A stretch of DNA of 30,838 nucleotides from Pseudomonadota bacterium (GTDB lineage: Bacteria; Desulfobacterota; Desulfobacteria; Desulfobacterales; JBDRRP01), in contig JBDRRP010000115.1 in the NCBI GenBank assembly GCA_043825735.1, positions 124,001 to 154,838 of the forward strand. The letters are read 5' to 3'. Shown piece after piece: positions 8,081-16,365 of the stretch. Positions within the stretch are counted from its first letter, which is position 1. Each line of letters begins with the position of its first letter. Below the pieces are notes generated by a model that had not been told where the DNA came from, ran no database searches, and saw only the letters and a list, made by a program, of their open reading frames with translations. The position numbers were made by a program, and so were the translations under genes.

Positions 8081-8365
8081 ATGCTTCATGAATCCAATGA
8101 TGATAAGATCCAACGAATCATGGCCTATTTAATGACGGCCATACCGGAAGCCAGCATCGGCCACCGACACGACCCTCATGCTCCCGCCGAGGAATTCTCC
8201 ATCCACCTGAGCGAAACCCACCTTTTTTCCGTATCCAAAGAGTTCATCGACAAATACGACGCCGATACCATCGAAGGGCACCTAAACGCGATGGGTATGG
8301 CAAGAATAATTCGTTGGACAGACAAGCGGATCCTGCTCACGACAGGGGGGCTGATATATTCATGA
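8081..8365 (+). CDS. Hypothetical protein in the immunity region
   Basis: 94-aa ORF with AGGA RBS, between cI and the early promoter. Confidence 0.65.
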   Translation: MLHESNDDKIQRIMAYLMTAIPEASIGHRHDPHAPAEEFSIHLSETHLFSVSKEFIDKYDADTIEGHLNAMGMARIIRWTDKRILLTTGGLIYS

Positions 8366-8530
8366 CCTGACCGGGTGATGCCGCCCCAACTGTCTACCAA
8401 CCCCCATCCATAGCCGCTAAAGGCCACCTCCCAAGTCATTTTCCACTACCCTGAAAACCCGTGCATGCCCTTGAATAAATGTGCATCCCCGCCGAATAGA
8501 CCGGCCCTCCCCCAGTTATTTCCAAGTCTC

Positions 8531-8556
8531 AAAAATACCCTGTGACGGTATTTTTT
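8531..8556 (+). terminator. Probable (bidirectional) terminator
   Basis: AAAAATACC-CTGTGAC-GGTATTTTTT inverted repeat. Confidence 0.55.
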
Positions 8557-8665
8557 CTGCCCGCCCGTCAATCAGATAACTCCACTCAGACCAGGCTGCC
8601 CAACCACATCTCCCCCATGCCCTGATCGCAAGCGCGCGAAAAATTCCTTTTATGGATTTTTCGGC

Positions 8666-8694
8666 TTGACGTGAAATTCCACTTATGCAATTAT
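8666..8694 (+). promoter_or_regulatory. Early rightward promoter with operator in the spacer
   Basis: TTGACG -35 followed by near-palindrome GTGAAATTCCAC 8671-8682 matching the cro/cI sites; the -10 is weak. Confidence 0.6.
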
Positions 8695-8873
8695 CCACCC
8701 CATCCTGACCAACTACAAAACGCTCTCGGCAGCCACGGCTTCCGGCCCTGTGAGTGGCAATCAGGACCCCAGCCCAAAGGCGACGACCCGGAAACCCTGA
8801 CCTGTTTTCTGGCAAAGAGCCGAGGGCACGGCAAAAACCACCCCGCAGTAAACCCGCACAATAAGGAGGAGCC

Positions 8874-9230
8874 ATGGGAGTCTATCTCACCACCACCGTC
8901 AGCCCGGCAATGCTGTCGCCGGAAGGCCGGCCAAACATGACCATCACGGAACTGGCAAAGCCCGAGTTCGCGGAACTCGTGGCCGCCAAGCGGGACCTTA
9001 TAATCCCTGCGGTTGGCCACCAGAACACCGCCACGATTCTTGAGTCCAAGTTCGGCCTGAACTCGCTGTTCGCACAGGTTTCCCCACTACTGAGAGACGG
9101 CGATACGATCCTGGTAGCCATCCCCTTGTTCCGGGCCGATGCCATCCGGGAATTGTCGACTGCCGAAATTCGTTCGGCCCGCTTCCGCTACTTCGTGGCC
9201 ACCGTCGGCCTGGGAAAGGGGGCGGCATGA
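8874..9230 (+). CDS. DUF1874/STIV B116/YddF-family protein; AcrIII-1-like ring nuclease homologue
   Basis: VYL...S..ML, AVGH..TA.IL...FG, L..GD.ILV.....R.....LS..EI pattern; 118 aa; AAGGAGG RBS. Confidence 0.8.
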   Translation: MGVYLTTTVSPAMLSPEGRPNMTITELAKPEFAELVAAKRDLIIPAVGHQNTATILESKFGLNSLFAQVSPLLRDGDTILVAIPLFRADAIRELSTAEIRSARFRYFVATVGLGKGAA

Positions 9231-10255
9231 GCTATGACCCGATAGCCTCCGACGTAAAGTCGGTCCTGGAAAAGCTGAAATGGCACAAAGACCAGGGCCA
9301 CAACGTGTTGACCGCTGATATCTCGTTTGAGAACGCCAATGGGCTCTACTCCCCGGTGATCGAAACCGTCACCCTCAGTTCCAACCCCGACGATAAGGAC
9401 GTGTACGTGTCCAAAGAAATGCTCAGGGTCCATACCCACGGGTTGGAAAAACTGGCCGTGGCCGCAAACCTGGTTTGGGACCCAACACAGTCGGGGCCGA
9501 TTCAGATCATAAGCGGCCAAAAATGCACATTCAGGGCCGTGGGCGGTTTGATGAAGGCCGACGGCCATATCGAGTACACAGCGGCGTACTTTGAAGTGGA
9601 CCTGCCCGTCATCCGAGACGATTTGAAGGCAAAATACAAAAACCCGAAAGATGCCTACAAAATCGATCGTGACTGGCGGCAGAAACGTCAGCACATGCTC
9701 CCCATCGCCGAAAGCATGGCCCGCGCCAGACTGATCCGTAAGTTGCTTGGAATGCGCCAGGAATATACCCGCGAGCAGTTGTCCAAGCCGTTCGTCCTCG
9801 CCCGCTGGAGGATGAAAATCGACATGACGGATCCGGAAACGAAGCGCCTGGTGACCACGGCCATGCTCGGGGCCATGCTCGGAATCTATGGCCCTGGAAA
9901 AAATGGCGGCGGTCAAAACCTGGCATTCCCGCACTCGCCCTCGCTTCTCCCTCAGGAAGCTGAAATCATCGAGGCCGACACCGCGGCGCGTACCGAGGGT
10001 CGGCCAACAGACGACCCCTTCGACGCCCCCCTGGAGCCCCCAGCCCCCGCGGATCTCGAAGGCCGGGCGCCTGGCAATGGCCGCCCCGACCTGATCGATA
10101 TCGAGACTCTCGCCCAACGCAAAGGCGTGAACACGGTCCACCTCCCCCACCCCCTCGAGGATTACTCGGCCGCATCCCTAGCCAAATTCAAGGCCAAGCT
10201 GGAGGCCATGCCGGACAAAGCCGACATCGAAATCGAGGACGACATCTCATTTTAG
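9227..10255 (+). CDS. Putative single-strand annealing/recombination protein
   Basis: GLEKLAVAANL and AESMARARLIRKLLG (RecT/Rad52-like helix); acidic Pro-rich tail; lies upstream of sbcD/sbcC. Confidence 0.5.
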   Translation: MSYDPIASDVKSVLEKLKWHKDQGHNVLTADISFENANGLYSPVIETVTLSSNPDDKDVYVSKEMLRVHTHGLEKLAVAANLVWDPTQSGPIQIISGQKCTFRAVGGLMKADGHIEYTAAYFEVDLPVIRDDLKAKYKNPKDAYKIDRDWRQKRQHMLPIAESMARARLIRKLLGMRQEYTREQLSKPFVLARWRMKIDMTDPETKRLVTTAMLGAMLGIYGPGKNGGGQNLAFPHSPSLLPQEAEIIEADTAARTEGRPTDDPFDAPLEPPAPADLEGRAPGNGRPDLIDIETLAQRKGVNTVHLPHPLEDYSAASLAKFKAKLEAMPDKADIEIEDDISF

Positions 10256-10270
10256 GGAAAGGGGGAAGCG

Positions 10271-10489
10271 ATGCAGCGCCACAAGTATCCGGAAAAGGCG
10301 AAAACAGATGGGCTGGCCCGGGCGCTCCGCGCGGCACAGGAAGCATGGGTCATCGGCGCCAATGTCCAGCGGTGCCCCCACTGCAGAGGCCCGTTGTCTC
10401 ATGACCTCGGAGGCAACCCGTTTTGCCGCGGGTGCCACCACAAGACCAAACTGAACACGCTGCGCCTGGTCGGCGCGGAATGGAGGTAG
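10271..10489 (+). CDS. Small CxxC..CxxC zinc-finger protein
   Basis: CPHC..CRGC; RBS-like GGGGAAG; fits the operon spacing. Confidence 0.6.
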   Translation: MQRHKYPEKAKTDGLARALRAAQEAWVIGANVQRCPHCRGPLSHDLGGNPFCRGCHHKTKLNTLRLVGAEWR

Positions 10490-10491
10490 TC

Positions 10492-11793
10492 ATGAAAATA
10501 CTGCAATATGGTGATGTCCATTGCTGCAATGAAAACCTGGATGAGGTGAAACGATGCACCACGCACATGCTCGACGTGGCGCATGATGAATTGCCAGACC
10601 TGATCATCGACGGCGGGGACATTTTTGAATCCCGCCACACCCGGGCCGATAGTCCGGCGTTCAAATACGCGGAATGGTTGGTCGGCGAACTGGCCGATAT
10701 TGCCCCTGTCGCACGGGTGATCGGAACATGGTCCCACGACGGAAGAATCTCTGAGGTCTTCGACAACATCGGCTCAAAATTCGATATCCGGACAGCCGTC
10801 GATGGCCCAATGCAGGTCTTTTTGACCCCAAACGGCAGCCTGCGCACCGCTGAAGGCTTGCGCGCCTCGTCGTCCGGGCTCGCCTCCCCGATCTACCCGG
10901 CGGCCGTCGTGTCGCTGGTGCCAGCCTTCACCAAAGAGCACATCATCGCCCATCTCTCCGGCGGGATCGCCGAGACCGATCAGACTATCGCCGAGGCCAT
11001 GTCGGCAATCTTCGCCGGACTGGGGGCGACCGCGGCCAGCTACCCTCATGCCCCGCATATCCTGGTGGGCCACTGGAACACCAAGGGTTCGTTGATCAGC
11101 CCGACGCAAATGATCCCCGGGACCGATATCGAATTATCCAGGGATCAAATGATGATGGCAGACCCCGATCTGGTCTGTCTCGGCCACATCCACAAGGCCC
11201 AAGTCTTCGGGACCCTTCCGATTTTTTACTCCGGATCCACCCAAATTAATACGTGGGGCGAACTGGACGCCAAGGGGTTCTGGATGCACGAGGTGGCCGA
11301 GTACGGATGGACCCACAAATTTATCCAAACCCCTACCCGCCGGCGGATCATGGTGGTGAAGGACTTTACCAGCTCGGGCCTTGATGACCCCGCGGCAGCA
11401 CTGGCCGAAAAGCTGCCGGCGGCCGACGATGACATCCTGACCGGATCCATGGTGCAGGCCCGGGTCAAGTATTACCGGGACGACGCGGTCAAGCTGGGCG
11501 ACGAAACGATCCGGTCCGCCTTCCCGGGTGCCGAGGTCGACATCGCCCGCCATCCGGTCGACCGGGAAAACACCCGCAGTACCAAGCTCACAGAGGTGGA
11601 TCGCCTCCGGGACAAAATCCAGGCCCGCGCCGAACTCACCGGCGAGCCTATCCCCGACGGCGCCCTGGCCGCGGCAGACCTGTTGGAAGACCACGATGCC
11701 GAGACCGTGATCGAGGCGGTGGAGGCGATCGCCGACAACATGACGCCCAACATGGCCCAGATGGTTGCAAGGGCCTCCCGCGAAGCGGCCTAA
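10492..11793 (+). CDS. sbcD: SbcD/Mre11-like metallophosphoesterase nuclease
   Basis: GDVH, GGDIF, GTWSHD (variant of GNHD), VGH, LGHIH, YSGS motifs; ATG 10492 after GGAGG. Confidence 0.9.
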   Translation: MKILQYGDVHCCNENLDEVKRCTTHMLDVAHDELPDLIIDGGDIFESRHTRADSPAFKYAEWLVGELADIAPVARVIGTWSHDGRISEVFDNIGSKFDIRTAVDGPMQVFLTPNGSLRTAEGLRASSSGLASPIYPAAVVSLVPAFTKEHIIAHLSGGIAETDQTIAEAMSAIFAGLGATAASYPHAPHILVGHWNTKGSLISPTQMIPGTDIELSRDQMMMADPDLVCLGHIHKAQVFGTLPIFYSGSTQINTWGELDAKGFWMHEVAEYGWTHKFIQTPTRRRIMVVKDFTSSGLDDPAAALAEKLPAADDDILTGSMVQARVKYYRDDAVKLGDETIRSAFPGAEVDIARHPVDRENTRSTKLTEVDRLRDKIQARAELTGEPIPDGALAAADLLEDHDAETVIEAVEAIADNMTPNMAQMVARASREAA

Positions 11794-11819
11794 GTAATCG
11801 AAATAAAAGGAGGTGCTCA

Positions 11820-14774
11820 ATGCTGCCAACCTATATCCGCCTCAAAGGTTTCAAGGGAATTAAACATGGTCTCGGACTCGATGAAATCGAACTCGACCTC
11901 TCGGGCCTAAAGGGGCTCATCGCCCTCACCGGCGAAAACGGCGCGGGAAAAACGACGCTTCTGGAACAAATGCAGTTTTTCCCCCAGGTAATTAGCCGGC
12001 CCCAGTCGGCGATCAAAAACCACGTCTTCCTCCGGGACTCGGAGCGCGAACAGCGGTTTTTTTACAATGATAAAAACTATCGCACCCTGGTAAAGGCCGA
12101 CGCCATGACCGGCCGGGCGGAAGGTTTCCTCTGGGAAAACGATGCCCCGCTCGTGAAGGGCAAGCTCACCGACTACGTGGCGGCCGGCAAAGAGCTGTTT
12201 GGGACCCCCGATATGGTGTTCGCGTCGATCTTCGCGGCCCAATCGGCGAAAAAGTTCACCGACGTGGACCCTGCCGATTTCAAAAAACTAATGGCCGAAT
12301 TCCTGCGCCTCGACCGCTATTTCGGCTGGGAAGCGACCTCGAAGGAAGCGGAAAAGCGCCTGGCCCGGGCGATCCTGGCGATCGACCGCGACCTGATCTG
12401 GTCCCAGGAAAAACTGGATTCTCTTGGAGACCCGAAAGCCCGGATCCTGACCCTAAAAGACTCGCTCGATCGAGCGATCGAGGACCGAGCCGGGCTTGAT
12501 CAAATCATCCGTGCCACCCGGTCTCAGATCGAGGAGGCCCGGGCCGTGCAGACAGAAAACAACCGCCTAAGACAGGTGGTCTCCGCCGGAAAAACCATGG
12601 CCACTGGTCTAAGTGAAGAGATTTACCGGTTGGAAGGCGAAAACCATACGGCGATCAGTGAGGCCGAGTCCGCGGTGACCGCAGCAAAATCCAATGTCGC
12701 CGCAATCTCCCAAACTTTGTCGCAGGCTGATGCCGTTGAAGTCGCTAAAGCCCAAAAAGCCAAAAACGACCGGTTGCGCCAGGTAATGGCTGCCGAAGCG
12801 TCCAAAATCAGCGCGATTGAAAGTGGGCTTGAGCCAAAGTCTCTGCGCCATAGCGAAACCCAGGATGAGGCCCTCCGCGCGGTGAATAGAGCCATCACCA
12901 ACACCCAGTCAATCCTTCATAAACTGGTTGGAGCTGACGGCGTGGAGCAGGCCGAAAAGGACCTGCAGTCGGCAAAAACCGCGCTGGTTGAAATAGAAAG
13001 GAACCGGGACCGCGCGATAGCGGACCTCACCGCAATCGACCAAACCAAAGCCGATGCCAGCGAAAAGGCCGCCGAGGCATTAAAACTCCTCAACGCGGAC
13101 CTGGAAGGTCTCCGCGAAAAGCACGCGCAGGCGACTAAAACACTGGCGGACCTCCAGCGGGCTGAATCTGAGACCATGAATGGGTTCGCCGCCCTGGACG
13201 CAGCCCCGGAACTGGCCCGGTTGGACGCCGAAATAAACAGCCTTCGCCGGCAGGCCGCGGACCTTGAGCGGCGCGGTGTCGTCATTTTTAAGCCTGCCCC
13301 TGACACTCTGGCATCCAAACTCGGCCCACAGCCGTTCAAGTGCAACTCCACAGACTGCGCCTTCATCCGGTCCGCCCTCGATGCCGAAAAAGCCCTCCCT
13401 GGAAAGCTCTCTACAAGGGAGGCTGAGGCCCGCCGAATCGAAACGGAAGGGGACGCTCTGCGGTTACGGCAAATCGCCACCGCAGAAGAGATCCGTGCCG
13501 CCAAGGCGGCGCTCGAAACGGTAACCTCCGATGGCCGCGCCATGAAAGCAAAAATCCAGGACACCGAGACCCGGCAAAACGCCGAAATGGATCAGTTATT
13601 GATCCAACGAACCGCGGCGAAAAAAACCGGCGACCAGTTTGCCGAGCATCTGGCCACACAGCGCGGGGTTGTCGCAGAACTCGAAACGAAGGCGGCCAGG
13701 ATCGGCGAGGTAAAGGCGGCTAAGGAACAACTACCCATCGCACAGCAGGTGGAGTCCCAGACCAGGGGTAGATTGGCCGAGATCGAGGCAGAATGGGCCA
13801 AAACCTTTAAGGATGCGGCCGAAACAATTGCGGAAGCCAAGGCGCGGATCGCCGCGGCCGTGGCTGGAATCGACACCGAAGCGGACACGCTGGCGGCCGT
13901 CGAAAGCGACATTAAAACCGCCAGAGAGCAATTGCCTGTTGCCAATGATGTCCTGCTGCAGGCCAACAGCCGACTGTCTGCGCTCATGGCCCATTGCACC
14001 GCGGTCATACAGGAAAAAACCCGAGCACTGTCAGAGGCCAATGCCCGAATCGTTGAGGCCGAGTCCAAAATCAACCACACGGCCGATGCCGAAGTCGCCA
14101 GTCTCGAAACCACACTATCCGGGCTTGAAGCGGACTTTGAGTCGGCATCGGAATCCCTAGCAAGCCTTCGGGCCAATATCGCCAGGGCCGAAGCCGCGGC
14201 AGCGATGGCCGTAGAGATTGCCCAGGAAATCGACGCCCTTAATGCCCGCCGCGCCAACCTGGTGCATCACGCCTCGACATGGGCCTTTTTGACGGCCACA
14301 ACCGGAGCCAACGGGCTCAGGGCGAACGAGATCGACGCGGTTGCCCCTACCATCTCCGGGTACGCAAACGACCTTCTGATAGCGGCTGACGGACCTGCGG
14401 GCCACGTTATCGGCCTTCGGACCCTGGACGAAAACGGCAAAGAGGTCCTTGAGCCTGTCGTGACCCGGCCGGACGGGACGACGGAAATCATCAAACAGTT
14501 TAGCGGCGGTGAAAAGACATGGGACCTCAAGGCCCTTCGCCTGGCCCTTACGATCGTGGCCAAGCACAAGAGCCGGAAAAACTTCCTGGCAGCGTTCGCC
14601 GATGAGGAAGACGGCGCTCTCAGCGTCCGGGCCGCGAAGGCCTTTGTCCGGATGTACCGCGAGTTCATGCGGATGGGCGGGTTCGAGGCGCTCTACTTTA
14701 TCAGCCACAAACTCGAATGTGTGGCCATGGCCGACGCCCGGATCGTCTTCAACGGCGGAGTCCACATCGAATAG
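11820..14774 (+). CDS. sbcC: SbcC/Rad50-like SMC ATPase
   Basis: GENGAGKT Walker A, long coiled coil, FSGGE signature, FADEEDGAL Walker B/D-loop, ISH switch. Confidence 0.92.
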   Translation: MLPTYIRLKGFKGIKHGLGLDEIELDLSGLKGLIALTGENGAGKTTLLEQMQFFPQVISRPQSAIKNHVFLRDSEREQRFFYNDKNYRTLVKADAMTGRAEGFLWENDAPLVKGKLTDYVAAGKELFGTPDMVFASIFAAQSAKKFTDVDPADFKKLMAEFLRLDRYFGWEATSKEAEKRLARAILAIDRDLIWSQEKLDSLGDPKARILTLKDSLDRAIEDRAGLDQIIRATRSQIEEARAVQTENNRLRQVVSAGKTMATGLSEEIYRLEGENHTAISEAESAVTAAKSNVAAISQTLSQADAVEVAKAQKAKNDRLRQVMAAEASKISAIESGLEPKSLRHSETQDEALRAVNRAITNTQSILHKLVGADGVEQAEKDLQSAKTALVEIERNRDRAIADLTAIDQTKADASEKAAEALKLLNADLEGLREKHAQATKTLADLQRAESETMNGFAALDAAPELARLDAEINSLRRQAADLERRGVVIFKPAPDTLASKLGPQPFKCNSTDCAFIRSALDAEKALPGKLSTREAEARRIETEGDALRLRQIATAEEIRAAKAALETVTSDGRAMKAKIQDTETRQNAEMDQLLIQRTAAKKTGDQFAEHLATQRGVVAELETKAARIGEVKAAKEQLPIAQQVESQTRGRLAEIEAEWAKTFKDAAETIAEAKARIAAAVAGIDTEADTLAAVESDIKTAREQLPVANDVLLQANSRLSALMAHCTAVIQEKTRALSEANARIVEAESKINHTADAEVASLETTLSGLEADFESASESLASLRANIARAEAAAAMAVEIAQEIDALNARRANLVHHASTWAFLTATTGANGLRANEIDAVAPTISGYANDLLIAADGPAGHVIGLRTLDENGKEVLEPVVTRPDGTTEIIKQFSGGEKTWDLKALRLALTIVAKHKSRKNFLAAFADEEDGALSVRAAKAFVRMYREFMRMGGFEALYFISHKLECVAMADARIVFNGGVHIE

Positions 14775-14785
14775 CCGAGGGGCAC

Positions 14786-14977
14786 ATGACAGAAAACACC
14801 ATAATCGATGCCAAGCACCAGGTACTGCGCTGCGAGGTCTGCGGCGACGAAGTCCCCATCCCACTCGGCGATGTTGAATTGGTCTGCGAATCGTTGATGG
14901 CCTTCGCCAAGGCCCATGCAGGCGAACATGGGCCGGGTCGGACGCGGGTTTCGGAACCGGTGGATGCGAGCCATTGA
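14786..14977 (+). CDS. Small zinc-binding hypothetical protein
   Basis: ATG 14786 after GAGGGG; CEVC...H...H. Confidence 0.6.
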   Translation: MTENTIIDAKHQVLRCEVCGDEVPIPLGDVELVCESLMAFAKAHAGEHGPGRTRVSEPVDASH

Positions 14978-15009
14978 GAATTCACAACCCGAAAAGGACA
15001 GCCCGCATA

Positions 15010-15696
15010 ATGCGTCAGACCGCCCTCTTCGCCACCCGGCCAGCAGCTTCGAAACTTGTCCACCGCAACGTGGACCTGATCCGAACCGTGTCGGGCAATC
15101 AGACCCAGATCCTGCAATGGATCCAGTCATTGTATTGCCCTCACGGGTTTGACCTCGATGCCACCTACGGCAAGGGGTCTTTCTGGAAATCCCTCGGGGC
15201 CCCGAGATTTGCCACCGATCGGATCCCGCTGGCCCCCGGGGTGATACCGGCTAAATTCGAGGCCCTGCCGTTTAAGACTGGCGTGTTCCGGTCGGTCGTA
15301 TTCGATCCGCCCTTTTTCGCATCGACCGGCCGCGAGCATGTGATGAAAATCCGGTACCGGTCCACGTACCGGGACATGCCCGAGTTATGGCAGTCCTACC
15401 GGGCCGCAATGGTCGAATTCTCCCGAATCCTCGGCCGCTCCGGCGTCCTGGTGGTTAAGTGCCAGGACAGCGTCTATGGGCGAAAACAGTTCCCGGTCCT
15501 CGCCCACCTGATCGTGTTCGCAGAAACGCTTGGGATGTTCGCTCAGGATATATTCATCCTGACCACAACCCATGTGCCCATCGCCTGGAACCACCACCGG
15601 CAAAATCATGCCCGCAAGTTCCACTCCTATTTCATCGTTTTTAAAAAATGTCGAAAGGGCGTTTTCACCTTCGGGGAGGTCCAAAATGACTACTGA
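15010..15696 (+). CDS. SAM-dependent amino (N6A/N4C-type) DNA methyltransferase
   Basis: LDATYGKGSFW (motif I) precedes VVFDPPF (motif IV), then RILGRSGVLVVKCQD; start reassigned to ATG 15010 after AAAGGA. Confidence 0.8.
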   Translation: MRQTALFATRPAASKLVHRNVDLIRTVSGNQTQILQWIQSLYCPHGFDLDATYGKGSFWKSLGAPRFATDRIPLAPGVIPAKFEALPFKTGVFRSVVFDPPFFASTGREHVMKIRYRSTYRDMPELWQSYRAAMVEFSRILGRSGVLVVKCQDSVYGRKQFPVLAHLIVFAETLGMFAQDIFILTTTHVPIAWNHHRQNHARKFHSYFIVFKKCRKGVFTFGEVQNDY

Positions 15697-15868
15697 TCGT
15701 GATGTCGCCATCCTGACAAGGATGGCCGAGGAGCAGGAGGCTCTGTCCGCATACTGGCGCCAACAGGTCTCACCTTCCGATCGCGCGCGCAGGCGGCTCG
15801 ATGCAATAGCCGACAAGCATACTACCAATGCGGCGGCGCTGAGGCGGGCAATCAAATGGGTCAAATAG
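15686..15868 (+). CDS. Hypothetical protein (60 aa)
   Basis: ATG 15686 after GGAGG; overlaps both neighbours. Confidence 0.6.
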   Translation: MTTDRDVAILTRMAEEQEALSAYWRQQVSPSDRARRRLDAIADKHTTNAAALRRAIKWVK

Positions 15869-16365
15869 CCCTTTTTTCCGGGCAGTTCGGTGCGCCGAGA
15901 GAACGCAAGTCCGCTGTGTTCTCGCCGTGCCGGACATGGCGCTACGCACTCTGGCGCGTGTGGGGGCAGGCAGAGGCTTACTGCATGTGGATCCTCATCA
16001 ACCCATCGACGGCCGACGAAACCGATAACGACCCTACAATCCGCCGGTGTGCCGGGTACGCGCGAGACCTCGGGTTCAATGCGATGTGCGTGACCAACCT
16101 GTTTGCCTTTGTGGCGACATCCCCGGTCAAAATGAAGCGCTCATGGGATCCGGTCGGGCCAGACAATGACCGGTGGGTCATGCGCCTGGCCAAACGGGCC
16201 GGGATGATCATCGCCGGGTGGGGAAATGACGGGAAATTCGCTGGTCGGGCAAACGAAATCAGGTCAATGGTCCCGCGGATCCACTGCCTCCACATGACCA
16301 GCATCGGAGAACCGGGGCACCCTCTGTATCTCAAGCGAGCCCTGAAACCAATGGAGTTGAAATGA
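15856..16365 (+). CDS. DUF1643-family protein
   Basis: WRYALWRVW, INPSTAD...DPTIRRC, TNLFA..ATSP, AGWG, PGHPLY. Confidence 0.9.
   Translation: MGQIALFSGQFGAPRERKSAVFSPCRTWRYALWRVWGQAEAYCMWILINPSTADETDNDPTIRRCAGYARDLGFNAMCVTNLFAFVATSPVKMKRSWDPVGPDNDRWVMRLAKRAGMIIAGWGNDGKFAGRANEIRSMVPRIHCLHMTSIGEPGHPLYLKRALKPMELK

Noticed and set aside
8745..8800. Hammerhead-like CTGTGA...GAAAC, or a solitary CRISPR-repeat mimic, in the early leader
   Set aside because: Core lacks CUGAnGA and the required stems; no match to repeat families I recognise
8366..8875. ORFs 8176-8439(-), 8516-8875(-) and 8671-8940(+)
   Set aside because: They overlap the terminator, promoter or leader; no RBS or protein-like features
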